The position numbers and the translations under genes are program-made. Below are positions 1 to 12,701 of a stretch of DNA of 64,000 nucleotides, in pieces; within the stretch, counting starts at the first letter, position 1, and every line of letters starts with the position of its first letter. Source of the DNA: Octopus vulgaris (taxonomy: Eukaryota); assembly GCA_951406725.2 (NCBI GenBank), contig OX597832.1, positions 59,644,001 to 59,708,000 of the forward strand, in the 5' to 3' direction. The notes beneath the pieces were generated by a model. It ran no database searches. It had not been told where the DNA came from and saw only the letters and a program-made list of their open reading frames with translations.

Positions 1-185
1 AAACAACGAAGAGGAAAGAGGATGTTTTAGTTATCTTTCCTGTCGTGAAAAACAATCATTGTCTACATAACAAACATTGTGTTTTTGATAGAGAATAGCA
101 GAAACATTTGTACATGTGCAAGTCACATGTTTTGGTCACAAGGTTCGGCGTTTTTGGTCGCAGCGTTTTGCTGGTTACTGATTTT

Positions 186-900
186 ACGGTGACCGGTAAT
201 AAAGTGTCAGTGAATAAAATGTCACGGTAATAAAGTAACAATTTTGGTTACGTAAAAAAGTCGCAGTTAGTTTATCGTGGCCGGTAATAAAGTCAAAATT
301 TTTCCAGGAAAATGTCACAATTTTAACTAGCAAAAAGTAACATTTTGGCTACGAAAAAATGTTGCAGTTAGTTTATCGTGGCTGGTAATAATGTCAAAAT
401 TTTGGCTAGGAAAATGTCACAATGTTTGGCTAGGAAAAAATAACAATTTTGGCTACGAAAAGAAGTCACAATTAATTTATGGTGGCCTATAATAAAGTGA
501 CAGTAATAAAGTCACAACTTTGGCAAGAAAAAAGTCACAGTTTTGCCTAGGAAATAAGTCACATTTAATTTATAGTGACCGGTAACAAAATCATAGGAAA
601 AAAGTCCTAGTAATAAAGTGACAATTTTGGCTAGGAAAAAAGTCACAGGAAAAAAAGTCACAATTAATTTATGGTGTCCGTTAATAAAATCGCAAGAAAT
701 AATGTCACCATTAATCTATGGTGGCCATTAATAAGATCACAGTAATAGAGTCACAATTTTGGCTAGGAAAAAAGTCACAGGAAAAAAAGTCACAATTAAT
801 TTCGGACAAAACCCCTCGGGCAAAACCTTGCCGGACAAAATCACTGAGAGATTTTTTTTTTCTGTGACTTTATTACCTGCGACATTTTTTATCTTCGATT
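186..900. repeat. Degenerate tandem array with a short inverted portion (foldback/MULE-like subterminal repeats?)
   Basis: Recurring motifs 'gtgRccggtaataaagtcaca' and 'aattttggctaggaaaaaagtcaca'. Around 855-890, 'tctgtgactttattacctgcgacattttt' is the reverse complement of the unit. Confidence 0.6.
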
Positions 901-2067
901 TTGCAGTGTCACAGTGAAAAAGATTAAATGAAACCATCACAAAGTGAGTACTTCTTTTTTGTTCTTATCACCTAATTCAGATGTCCTCCGATTGGACAGT
1001 GGACCATTAAACAGCCGCTGCAAAAACGAATAAATTTTTAGATTTTTGTTAAAGGTGTGGCTGTATGGAAAGAAGATTGCTTCTCAACTAGATGCTTCCG
1101 GGTTCAAAAAATGTCGGGCCTTGTGCCTAGATAAGAAAAGAATATTTATTATATCTCAAATATTTTTATTCCCCGTTTTTTTTTCTTTCTGTTTTGAATA
1201 CTTGCACAAAAGACTTACCCCCTAATATAGATAATGGATACTACTGACCCCTAGTTAAATTTTCTTTCTAAATCTATACCAAGTCCGTCTTCTTAATACT
1301 GTGTGTTTCTGTGTATGTCATTGTGCATCTGTTAGTCACCACCACCACCTTCCCTTGCTTAACAACCAGTATTGTTTTGTTTATATCCCTGTAACTTAGC
1401 AATTCGGTAAAACAAGCAGACAGAATATTACCAGACATGAAAGGATAGATAAGTGGTGTGTTCGCTTCAAGACGGTACCCAGAATGGTCGCAATCCAATG
1501 ACTGAAGCAAGACAAAGAAAATAAACGATGAGTTGAATAATACTCTTGAAGTAAGCAATCAAACCATCTTTTCAAGGTGGCGCCTACCATGGCCATCATT
1601 CAGTCTGTAGAACTGGTAAAAGAATACAAAATAAGACTACAATGCTGCTTAGTATTTAGTGAAGTGACATTGGTGAATACGGAGATAATTAGATTCCATC
1701 TTTTTCTGTCTACTTCTTAAAACTGAACGCAATGCTGTCTATTTAAAAGTTGGCATTTCAAGAAAGTGCTGAAAATTTCGCGATTCTTTGGTAAACATCT
1801 TTATCGCTGATGAAATCAAGTTTTTCAAAGCAGGTAGTGATTTAGTTTTTCTAAGTTTTGGGTACGTTGTCTGTTGAAACTAAATTCTACCATTTTCATA
1901 CCATTCAAAGAGAATAAAAGAGAAATACAAGAATTTGCAGAACCATTTTCCTCGAACAACGGGAGGCTACCATCAAACCATTATAGGAGCACCCTCTCAG
2001 TAAACGAACATTTACCCTAATATTTGTTAACTGATTCTATATCCTTCTTAATATTTACTTTAGAACA

Positions 2068-2473
2068 ATGCGATGAGCTGGCAGAAATGTTAGCACGCCG
2101 GATGAAATGCTTAGCGGTATTTCGTCTGCTGTTACGATCTGAGTTCAAATTCCGCCAAGGTCGACTTTGCCTTTCATCCTTTCGGGGTTGATAAATTAAA
2201 TACCAGTTACGCACTGGGGTCGATATAATCGACTTAATCCGTTTGTCTGTCCTTCTTTGTCCTCTCTGTGTTTAGCCCCTTGTGCGTAGTAAAGAAATAG
2301 GTACTACGTCTGTCTTTACGTTCTGAGTTCAAATTCCGCCGATGTCGACTTTGCCTTTGATCCTTTCGAGAGACGATAAATTAAGTACCATTTGCGTATT
2401 GGGATCGATCTAATCGAGTGGCCAACTACCCCCAAAATTTCGGGCCTTGAGCCTAGAGTAGAAAATAATAAGA
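2068..2473 (+). mobile_element. SINE family A (tRNA-like, internally duplicated module) with 11-bp TSD
   Basis: Head 'gagctggcagaaatgttagcacgccg' and B-box-like 'gagttcaaattcc' present twice. Flanked by the direct repeat actttagaaca (2057-2067 and 2474-2484). Confidence 0.85.
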
Positions 2474-2482
2474 ACTTTAGAA

Positions 2483-2832
2483 CAGTGGTTCGGAAAGTGG
2501 GCAGTTATTTGCCCTCGGGGGTCGTGGAAAGGTCCGGAGTGAGGGTGGGGGGATGACGAAATGTGGGATGATAGTGGGTTGCCAAAATGGGGTGATAGAT
2601 GTAAAATAAAAATATTAACAAGTTAATTAATTTTAAGCTCTTTTTGTGAAATACAGTTGTTTTGAAGTTCCTGTAGAACGTGGTGTATATTTGTGACGTT
2701 ACTTATGTTCTACAAATAAATTTGAATTATTGCTTGTCGTATTCGTGATATTTCTTCTTATATACCTATAACAGAACCAGTGGGATACCTGTCATAAGAG
2801 GGGTAACTTTGAAAATGCTTTTGCCACCATTG
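2483..2832. mobile_element. Possible decayed hAT-like MITE
   Basis: Starts 'cagtggttcggaaagtggg' and ends 'gccaccattg', resembling CAGTGGTT...AACCACTG hAT termini. No clean TSD. Confidence 0.35.
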
Positions 2833-2984
2833 CTAACATCAGGAAATATGGTTTATATAACACTATGTAATACGAATTTTGTCCTTAGGTAGCAACTGTT
2901 ATTTCCTATTTGCGTACCCCTGGTATGTATGAAAAAGGGTTACGATTTCCTTCAAACGTTGCTTTTGTTTCATTTATTCAAAGA

Positions 2985-3112
2985 ATCACTCTCAACATAC
3001 AGATATCATGTTCTGTTAACTACTTCTGCTCATGATCAGAGATGCACATATTTTCAGCCACTAAGAGACATGCTCAAGTAGTTAATGCCAAGCAACTGAC
3101 AAACTGAGCAAA
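2985..3112 (-). repeat. Fragment of (TAA)n-associated element X
   Basis: Reverse complement of part of 12702-13180 ('ctacttctgctcatgatcagagatgcacata...cagccactaag'). Confidence 0.75.
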
Positions 3113-3145
3113 ATAATCTGTAATAATGATATTTCCGCTTCAGCA

Positions 3146-3562
3146 AGGCGGTAAGCAGGCAGGGAGCTTAGGACGCCGGGAGACGTCTGTCTCTATGTTC
3201 TGAGTTCAAATTCCGCTGAGGTCGACTTTGCCTTTTATCGTTTTCAGGGTCAATAAATTAAGTACCTGTTGCGTACTGGGGTCGATTTGATCGACTGGCC
3301 CCCTTCCCAAAAATTTCGGGTATTGTGTCTGGAGTAGAAAAGATTATTTAAAGGCGACGAGCTGTCATAAACGTTACCACGCCGGGAGAAATGCTTAGCG
3401 GTTTTCCGTCTGTCTTTACGTTCTGATTTCAAATTCCGCCGAGGTCGACTTTGCCTTTGATCCTTTCGTGAGTCGATAAATTAAGTACCAGTTGCATACT
3501 GGGGTCGATCTAATCGACTGGCACTCTCCCCCCAAAATTTCGGGCCTTGTGTCTAGAGTATG
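3146..3562 (+). mobile_element. SINE family A, two tandem units
   Basis: Two units of 'ttctgagttcaaattccgc.gaggtcgactttgcctt...aaaatttcggg..ttgtgtct'. Confidence 0.8.
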
Positions 3563-3749
3563 AATGGCTATTTCTGCTTCAGCAACTCTGCACTGAATTT
3601 GTTTAAAATTTAATTGAAAATAGGTTAGTTTCAAAACATTGATGTCCAGGTCCCAAAAGCATTATTTGAAGGGAATAGTAGTCATTTCCTTTGATTTCTA
3701 GATGGAAGCAAATGGGAAATAACAATTACTGGCCCTTATAATTTAACTT

Positions 3750-4020
3750 TTAGTGACGTGACTAGATTCTTCACTCCTTTGTCGTGAGTTCGGTTCCCGG
3801 CTGCGCTTTATGTCTTGAGCAAGAAACTTTCTTTCACGTTACTCCATTCCACTCAACTGGAGAAATGTGTAGTACCTGTAATTCCAAGCTCTTCCCTTTT
3901 CACGTTCTATGTCGCGCTGAATCTCCCTGAGAACTACGGTGTGGGAAAACGTGTTGTAGGTAAGCAGGTTGCTCTGTTGATCGGATCAACTGGAACTCTT
4001 GTAACAGACGGAATGCAAGT
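3750..4020 (+). mobile_element. SINE family D, decayed
   Basis: 'gtcgtgagttcggttcccggc...cttgagcaagaaacttt...ccactcaactgg' is similar to the reverse complement of 56652-56912. Confidence 0.6.
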
Positions 4021-4100
4021 TCTTTTTTTTATAACATAATTTCTATCATGCTTATACAAAATAATGAAGCTAATATTAATTTTGAAAAGAAAAGTATTTC

Positions 4101-4512
4101 AGGAGTGGCTGTGTGGTAAGTAGCCTGCTAACCAACCACATGGTTGCGGGTTCAGTCCCACTACGTGGCATCTTGGGCAAGTGTCTTCTGCTATAGCCCC
4201 GAGCCGACCAATGCCTTGTGAGTGGATTTGGTAGACGGAAACTGAAAGAAGCCTGTCGTATATATGTATATATATATATGTGTGTGTGTGTTTGTGTGTC
4301 TGTGTTTGTCCCCCTAGCATTGCTTGACAACCGATGCTGGTGTGTCTACGTCCCCACCACTTAGCGGTTCGGCAAAAGAGACCGATAGAATAAGTACTGG
4401 GCTTACAAAGAATAAGTTCCGGGGTCGATTTGATCGACTAAAGGCGGTGCTCCAGCATGGCCGCAGTCAAATGACTGAAACAAGTAAAAGAGTAAAAGAG
4501 AGTAAAAAGAGT
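4101..4512 (+). mobile_element. SINE family B, full length
   Basis: A-box-like 'tggctgtgtgg', B-box-like 'ggttcagtccc', internal (TA)n(TG)n, 3' body '...ggccgcagtcaaatgactgaaac' and (AAAAGAGT)n tail. More than 15 related copies or fragments occur in the window. Confidence 0.9.
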
Positions 4513-4584
4513 ATTACTTTTAAATAAAATAAAATACATACATACACGCACATGCATTCATACATACATGCATGCATGCGTAGG

Positions 4585-4615
<31 letters not shown>

Positions 4616-5699
4616 CAATCCACACACATGCGCACAAAGAAACAAACAGGAACGCAGTGTGAATAACGGACAGAGTCAAAAGTATTGAAAAGGATGCAAG
4701 ACGTAACGAAAATTTTAGCAAAATAAAACAGAAACAATTGGAAATTTTACCGGTCAGTGTATTAAATTATAAGGCACCAAAACAGAATGACTCTCCCCAG
4801 AAACAACAAAACGAAATAAAAGAACTTCATCATTTGTGCAACCCCGTTCACTAATATCCTATCCTTCGCACCCTTCTCCTCTGCTCCTACTCTTCCTCCT
4901 TCTTAATCATTTTAGTTTCTGTGATTCATTCTATCTCATTCGATGCATGTGGCGTTCCTTTACTCATTGCCTGTTACCTAGCCTAGTATATGCACTTGTC
5001 CTGTACTTATGCAAACTCTCTCTCTCCCTCTCTCTCCTTCGGTCTCTCTTTCTCTCTCTCTCTTGATGTTATACATCACGGGACCCACCGACTGACCGAT
5101 CGACCAACTAACCATGTATCTGATCTCTTATTATATATATATATATATATGTTCTTGTTTGTTTTAGATACTCATTGTGCACCTGACTCAAAAGCAATGA
5201 AACTGAGACAATTCAGTTAGAAAAAATTTAGTGATCCAAATATCACTTGGAAAAAATCTCCTCAGTTTTAGTTTCTAACTAAATCCAGCAATAAAGAAAT
5301 AGAGACGAGGTTGTGATATCTGCAAAGAATAGCAATGATAGAGCGTATATATTACGAGCAAAACGCCCCCCATCCAATGGACGGTGCTGAGTTGTCAAAC
5401 ATTTAAACCAAATTTTCTCAAAACAACTTGACCGACCGTCCCATAGGCCTCCCCTTTGAGAAACACTGATTTAGCCTAAATTTGAGACACCAGCAAAAAG
5501 AAGAAATAAAGATAGACTTTTTTTCTATTCCAAAGAAAAACGATTTTATTCACACAAATATGCTGCCGCAGAGTTTAAAGTACCAGTAATGATAAGACTA
5601 TTGACTGGGAGAACACAAACATGGTTTAAACAGTAAGCTTGGCAGGAAAGAAACGTGCCTTTAAGCAGTAATGGAAGGTGCAATTATGTACAGGTTGAC

Positions 5700-5890
5700 G
5701 GAAGAAAAGCAGGACAAAAACGGCTTTATCGATCGCATTCTCACCTGGAATAGATTTTTGTAATTTTTTCAAGATTTATACACGCCCTGATACCGTCGGT
5801 ACCTACACATCAAATTTGAGCGTAATCGGATGGACTATGCCCGAGTCCGAGAAGACACACAGACAGACAGAACGGATTTTATATAAGAGA
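5700..5890 (-). mobile_element. Non-autonomous Helitron 5' portion
   Basis: Minus strand begins a|tctcttatataaaatccgttctgtctgtctgtgtg, like the 5' ends at 55333 and 62486. The 3' CTAG end was not located. Confidence 0.55.
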
Positions 5891-6168
5891 TATGTTTGGA
5901 AGCGTCGAATATGGTTGGTATTTTGCAGGCAAGAAAGTAAAAAAGAAACTACTCTTCTTCTCAATTTTTCTGGGTGTTAAACTAATACACTCCATGTGTA
6001 CATCTACTTGCTTTGTTATTGCCATTTTTAATGTTTCGTTGTTTGTATTAATTTTCAATTTAGATACATATATATATATATATTTATATATATATATATA
6101 TATACATATGGTGGGTAGGCAAGCTACTTACCACACAGCCACTATGTATATGTATGTATGTGTATATA

Positions 6169-6252
<84 letters not shown>

Positions 6253-6261
6253 CATATACAT

Positions 6262-6695
6262 AGTGGCTGTGTGGTAAGTAGTTTGCCTACCCACCATATG
6301 GTTCTGGGTTCAATCCCACTGCGTGGGATCTTGGGCAAGTGTCTTCTGCTATAGACTCGGGCCGACCAAAGCAGTGTGAGTGGATTTGTTAGACGGAAAC
6401 TGAAGGAAGCCTGTCGTATATATATGTATATATATATATGTATGTGTATGTATATGTTTGTGTGTCTGTGTTTGTCCCTCTAGTATATTGCTTGACAACC
6501 GATGCTGGTGTGTTTACGTCCCCGTCACTTAGCGGTTCGGCAAAAGAGTCCGATAGAATATGTACTGGGCTTACAAATAATAAGTACTGGGCTTACAAAG
6601 AATAAGTCCCGGGGTCGATTTGCTCGACTAAAGGCGGTGCTCCAGCCTGGCCGCAGTCAAATGACTGAAACAAGTAAAAGAGTAAAGAGTAAGAG
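6262..6695 (+). mobile_element. SINE family B
   Basis: Colinear with 4101-4512, with a small internal tandem duplication of 'gtactgggcttacaaa'. Confidence 0.9.
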
Positions 6696-6849
6696 TATAT
6701 ATATATATATATATATATAAATTCATATGCGCAGGAGTGGCTGTGTGATAAGTAGCTTGCTTACCAACCGCATGGCGTCTTCTCTTATAGCATCGGGCCG
6801 ACCAAAGCCTTGTGAGTTGATTTAGTAGACGGAAAATGAAAGAAGCCAT

Positions 6850-7170
6850 TACTCTTTTACTTATTCTTTTATAAGCCCAGTACTTATTTTATCGGTCTCT
6901 TTTGCCGAACCGCTAGGTAACGGGGACATAACACACCAGCATCGGTTGTCAAGCAACGTTGGGGGGACAAACACACAGACACACACGCATATATATATAT
7001 ATACATATATACGACGGGCTTCTTTCAGTTTCCGTCTACCAAATCCACTCCCAAGGCTTTGGTCGGCCAGAGACTATAGTAGAAGATACTTGCCCAAGGT
7101 GCCACGTAGTAGTACTGAACCCGGAAGCATGTGGTTGGTAAACAAGCTACTTACCACACAGCCACTCCTG
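6850..7170 (-). mobile_element. SINE family B
   Basis: Reverse complement of the family B head and body ('ctacttaccacacagccactcc' near 7147-7168). Confidence 0.85.
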
Positions 7171-7568
7171 TATATATGTGTGTGTGTGTATGTGTGTGTG
7201 CGTGTATGTGTGTGTGTGTGCGTGTGCGTATGTGTGTGTGTGGTATGTGTGTTCGTGTGTGTGTGCGTGTGTGTGTGTGTGGTGTGTGTGTGCGTGTGTG
7301 TGTGCGTGTGTGTGTGTGTTTGTCCCAACACTATCGCTTGACAACCGATGTTAGTGTGTTTATGTCTCCGTAACTCAGCGGTCGGCAAAAGGGGCCGATA
7401 GAATAAGTACTAGGCTTACAAAGAATATGTCCTAAGGTCAATTTATTCGACTAAATGCGGTGATTCAGCATGGCCGCAGTCAAATAACTGTAACAAATAA
7501 AAGAATAAAAGAATATATGTTTCTCACATTGAGTAAATGTTGGAGCTAATGGAGACATTGTTTATGCT

Positions 7569-7671
7569 ACTATCTGAGGAGGCGTATTTTGCTCCTTCGA
7601 TGCATTATAATGACTACACAACATCTCAGCAATAAATTACGAGTGTAGAAATGCGTCGAAACATGTGTAGT
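7569..7671 (+). ncRNA. Degenerate type I hammerhead ribozyme motif (Penelope-type remnant)
   Basis: actat-CTGAGGA-ggcgtattt...aaatgcgtc-GAAA-catgt-gtagt gives a 9-bp helix II, palindromic helix III (ACATGT) and a 5-bp helix I. The cleavage-site nucleotide appears lost. AATAAA follows. Confidence 0.55.
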
Positions 7672-7719
7672 GATATTAAATAAAGAGCATAGTTCTTTAC
7701 ATATTTTCAATAATTTATC

Positions 7720-7771
<52 letters not shown>

Positions 7772-7984
7772 TGTAATAGTATATATGTGCTTAAAAAATT
7801 ATCTTGATTAAAATGCCATTAAATTTTGTTTTAGCATATCTATAGTCTATACTTACGAAACTTAGTTTCCGGTTTCGGAAATCTAAAATATACGCATGTA
7901 CATAACTTGCTATATCATATATATATATATATATATATATGCCCACCCACATTTATGTATGTTCAAAATCACGAAAGTTCTGCA

Positions 7985-8262
7985 ATAATCATCATCAACA
8001 TCATCATCATCATCATCATCATCATCGTTGTCGTCGACTTCCTCACCAACATCATCATTATCATCATCATCATCATCATCATCTTCATAATCGTCATCAT
8101 CGTCGTCGTCATCATCATCGTCATCATCGTCGTCGTCATCATCACTTTTATAATGATAATAATAATAATGATTTCTTTAACAATGAAGAAGATGATAATA
8201 ATAATAAGAATGATGATGATGATGATGATGGTGATGCTGGTGGTGATGACGATAACATAATG

Positions 8263-8318
<56 letters not shown>

Positions 8319-8335
8319 TATTATTATTATTATTA

Positions 8336-8366
<31 letters not shown>

Positions 8367-8428
8367 CATCATCATCGTCATCATTATTATCAATATCATC
8401 ATCATCATCATCATCATTATTATTGTTA

Positions 8429-8459
<31 letters not shown>

Positions 8460-8474
8460 CATTATTATTATTAC

Positions 8475-8519
<45 letters not shown>

Positions 8520-8520
8520 A
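7985..8520. repeat. Compound trinucleotide microsatellite (ATC/GTC/GAT/AAT/ATT)n
   Basis: Direct reading; orientation switch (AAT)n to (ATT)n near 8318. Confidence 0.95.
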
Positions 8521-8783
8521 ATCACTGTCATTATTTACTTCTAGATTTCTTCACAACAATCACTATGGTCTACGGCACAGCATCATTATTAATTTTCAAC
8601 AGATGTTTCGTTGATGAAATCAATATAGAGCAGTTAAAAATTTCATTCCCTCCGCTTCTTATTTCACCATACATTTACGACGTTCTCGGCAACATCTGGT
8701 ATTTTCACCGCATCTAGACTCCTATACTTCTCTTTGCATCATGCGGTGAAAAATGCTTCAAGGTTACCTCTACCACCAACACC

Positions 8784-8817
<34 letters not shown>

Positions 8818-8884
8818 AACTACTACTACCACCACCACCACCACTACTACTACTACTACTAATACTACTACTACCACCACCACC

Positions 8885-8933
<49 letters not shown>

Positions 8934-9299
8934 ATGTGGATACTGCTGCGCCTATTATGATTTTTTCGCACTCTTCTAAATTCACACGAACCTAGTGTTC
9001 TTATGCTTAATAATAATATTTTCGTTCTATTATTGTTATATAACCACATCACGTGAATGCCTTTAGGTGCGTGTACAAAAATATTTATGCTTATTTATGG
9101 ATAAAAAAACTCAACACTTTTATGTAATGTACATATATTTATGAGTAAATATACACTTATCTATCAATCTCTCTCTGTCTATATATATATATATATATAA
9201 CTTATTCAAATTGATGTAATGATTGCATTGTTCAATTAAATGGAACCACAAACGATCGTACTGCATCACTATTTGATATGCTGTTGCTTATTTTGATTA

Positions 9300-9316
9300 C
9301 ATATACACACACACAC

Positions 9317-9349
<33 letters not shown>

Positions 9350-9441
9350 ATATAATATAATATAATATAATATACATATATATATATATACATATACATA
9401 TATATATATAATATAATATACATATGTATTTATACATATAC

Positions 9442-9484
<43 letters not shown>

Positions 9485-9529
9485 ATATAATATAATATAT
9501 ATATATATATATATATATAATATAATATA

Positions 9530-9583
<54 letters not shown>

Positions 9584-9616
9584 ATATAATATAATATAAT
9601 ATAATATATATATATA

Positions 9617-9653
<37 letters not shown>

Positions 9654-9662
9654 GTACATATA
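9300..9662. repeat. (TA)n/(TATAA)n compound microsatellite
   Basis: Direct reading. Confidence 0.95.
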
Positions 9663-10734
9663 TACTTTTTTTTAAACTGCAAAGACATCACAAAAAGTGG
9701 CTTAGAGTTTCACGTCCCCGTCCGTCGGACAGTTTTAATGAAGAGTCTTCCTTACAACTACCCGACGGAAGGAAACATGAAACTGAGGCATAGTTTGTTT
9801 TATTAATTTTGCACCTCTAATAAAAGAAAAACCATATTACTCTACCTTCGGTATTCGAGTACTGTTTTTCTTCCACCTTGGTCTGCATTGTTGTGCTTAT
9901 TCATGTAAATATATATATATATATATATACATATATACAGGCATAGTTGTGTGCTAAGAGGATTGATTTCGAACAACATGTTTCCTGGTTTAGTGCTACT
10001 GCGTGGCACCTTGGGTAAGCGTCTTTAACTATGTAGCCTTATGAGTGAATTTGATAGACAAAATCTAAAAGAACCGCGTTATACATATATATTAATTTAT
10101 ATATATATATATATATGAGCGTGTGTGTGTAAGTCCGTGTACGAGCGCGTGTGTATGTATTTGTGTATGTCCATATATATACGTGTGTATTATATATATA
10201 TTGATATGTATGCTATAGCTTTATGTAGTATGCCATTTAAAGCTATTTTATTATATTCTGCTAGCTGATATCATCAACAGTATGCATAGAAACAGCACAG
10301 GATTTACTTTGTGTGCTTAGAGTTTATATCACTTAAGACAAAGAAAATCTATTTCTTACTAGTGAACCTTTCTTCATTCTAACTCGTGTTTTCTCCTGTA
10401 TGCGAGTAGCTACATACAAATACCAAGATGTATTCTAATCGAAATAATTGAAAAGTGAATTAAGACAGGCGGTTACTTTCGTCAAGCTAATTGACGAGAA
10501 GCATCTGAACCAAATGATGCAGCACAACTATTCGTACAGAATCTCACCCGCGAGGGACAGATGCAAGGTTGGCCGAAACGATCGTAATGATTAATAAATA
10601 ATTTTGTGAATACCATTTGCTTGTTCTTTCTCTCATACATAAATATATGTGTTCATGCATAAGTATAATGTATGTTTACGGCGATTTTTATCTATGAATG
10701 TCCTACAGTATTTAGTTTTAGTACTGATATCTAT

Positions 10735-10946
10735 GTACCCAGTTAGAATTTTCTTCAGGTCGTGTAGCCCATCCCGTTCAAAAGGTCCCTGAATAAGGGT
10801 TATTTAAAGATGAGGAAGATTCCAAAGGTGAATTATCCAAACCCCAAAGGTCATGTGCTGTTTATCTTGACATGGGATCACCATGTCGAGCACACATGGT
10901 TGTGTGCCGGTTCCTGGGGTGTACTCTTATCAGACGTATACTGGGC

Positions 10947-10948
<2 letters not shown>
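10735..10948 (+). repeat. Rearranged fragment of element X (part inverted), abutting (TAT)n
   Basis: 10737-10800 is the reverse complement of X ('cccagttagaattttcttcagg...ggtccctgaataagggt'). 10846-10948 matches X forward ('aaggtcatgtgctgtttatcttga...ctgggctt'). Confidence 0.7.
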
Positions 10949-11017
<69 letters not shown>

Positions 11018-11078
11018 AGAAGAAGAAGAAGAAAGAAAAGGAGGGGAAAGAGAATAATAATAATAATAATAATAATAA

Positions 11079-11109
<31 letters not shown>

Positions 11110-11138
11110 AAGAAGAATAAAGAAAAGGAGGGGAAAGA

Positions 11139-11223
<85 letters not shown>

Positions 11224-12081
11224 AAGAAGCTACTTATTATTACTCTTTTACATGCAAAAGATGATATTCTTGATAAGTTTCATAGATCGCTGTCTCCTCA
11301 TCAGAGGTTACCTATGTTCACATATTTCTGCCCATATAAATAGTGCGTTCTTCGGAGGACAGATTAAATAAGTTATCGAATTTTTGTATCAACCACGCAA
11401 AAAGTGCAACTATAGATGAATATATTTAATGTTGTTATAAATTATATTTCCAAGCTTTCCCTGTAATATTTTAACAGATGTAAAACACACATTGTTATTC
11501 TCTTCGCACGTTGAAAAAAAAAATAAGGTGTTTCTCCTTAGAGACCTTTTCTACACGGAATGAGCAAGTACAGGCAGATTTACAATCAAATGAATTGGAG
11601 AGAATTGCAAAGAACATTGAGGCAAAAGGTAAACATTATCTGAACGTGCTTCACCGCCTCCGTTCATTGTCAATGCGATCACAACGCTGAAAAAATAATA
11701 TATAAATAAATACACTTTGCCTTTCTCTCTTGCTTTTTTTTTATCTGTCTTCTCGTTTAATACACTGCCATGTGATATCAAAATATCGAAATTGTGTAAG
11801 AAACATCGAAAAACCACAGCTGTATAAATATCAGTGAATTGATATAATCCTGGATTATATATATATATATATATATATATATTTCTAACATCTCTTTAAT
11901 GCTACACAAAAGCCAAATATCAGTGTGTGTCTAACGAAACATTTCTATCGATTATTGATGACATGCAAAAAGAAATAGATATATACACAATACGTACGTA
12001 CGTGTATATTTTTCTTCTCACAACTGTATCTATATGTACGTAATAAAAACAATGATGATAATAACAACAACAACGAGAATG

Positions 12082-12241
<160 letters not shown>

Positions 12242-12266
12242 TAATAATAATAATAATAATAATAAT

Positions 12267-12604
12267 ACCTGTTGTCATAGGTGTCCTGGGAATGATAGTA
12301 AAAGGGGGTGATTGCTATCTAGCTCAGATACCAGGAAACCCCAAAATGGTAGAAATTCGAAAGATAGTACTCATGGGAACTGCCCATATCCTACATAAAA
12401 TACTGTCTATGTAATCTCAAGTTTTAAAACAAACAATTTTTCTATGGTTTCTTAAACATTCTCTAGAATAACGCTATGTACATAACCAAATATATGGCAC
12501 CCGAAGAATAACACCAGCATGAACTTCTAATTTGTTGGCTCTTGAGGCCTCTGGGTGAGACTTGGGGCAAAATTGTACAAATGTAAAGCAAAAGTCAAAC
12601 ATAA

Positions 12605-12605
<1 letters not shown>
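12267..12605 (+). mobile_element. R4/Dong-like non-LTR retrotransposon 3' end inside (TAA)n
   Basis: Translates IPVVIGVLGMIVKG...EIRKIVLMGTAHILHKILSM*, the typical C-terminus after the RLE domain of R4/Dong elements. (TAA)n lies on both sides. Confidence 0.8.
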
Positions 12606-12678
<73 letters not shown>

Positions 12679-12701
12679 TAATAATAATAATAATAATAAT
12701 A

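Noticed and set aside
186-900. CRISPR-like array
   Set aside because: The repeats are degenerate and contiguous without unique spacers, there are no cas genes, and the context is eukaryotic.
4101-4175. SINE heads as genuine tRNA genes (also 19992, 39104, 56840)
   Set aside because: A and B boxes are present, but acceptor stems are poor and each runs into a repeat body found in multiple copies.
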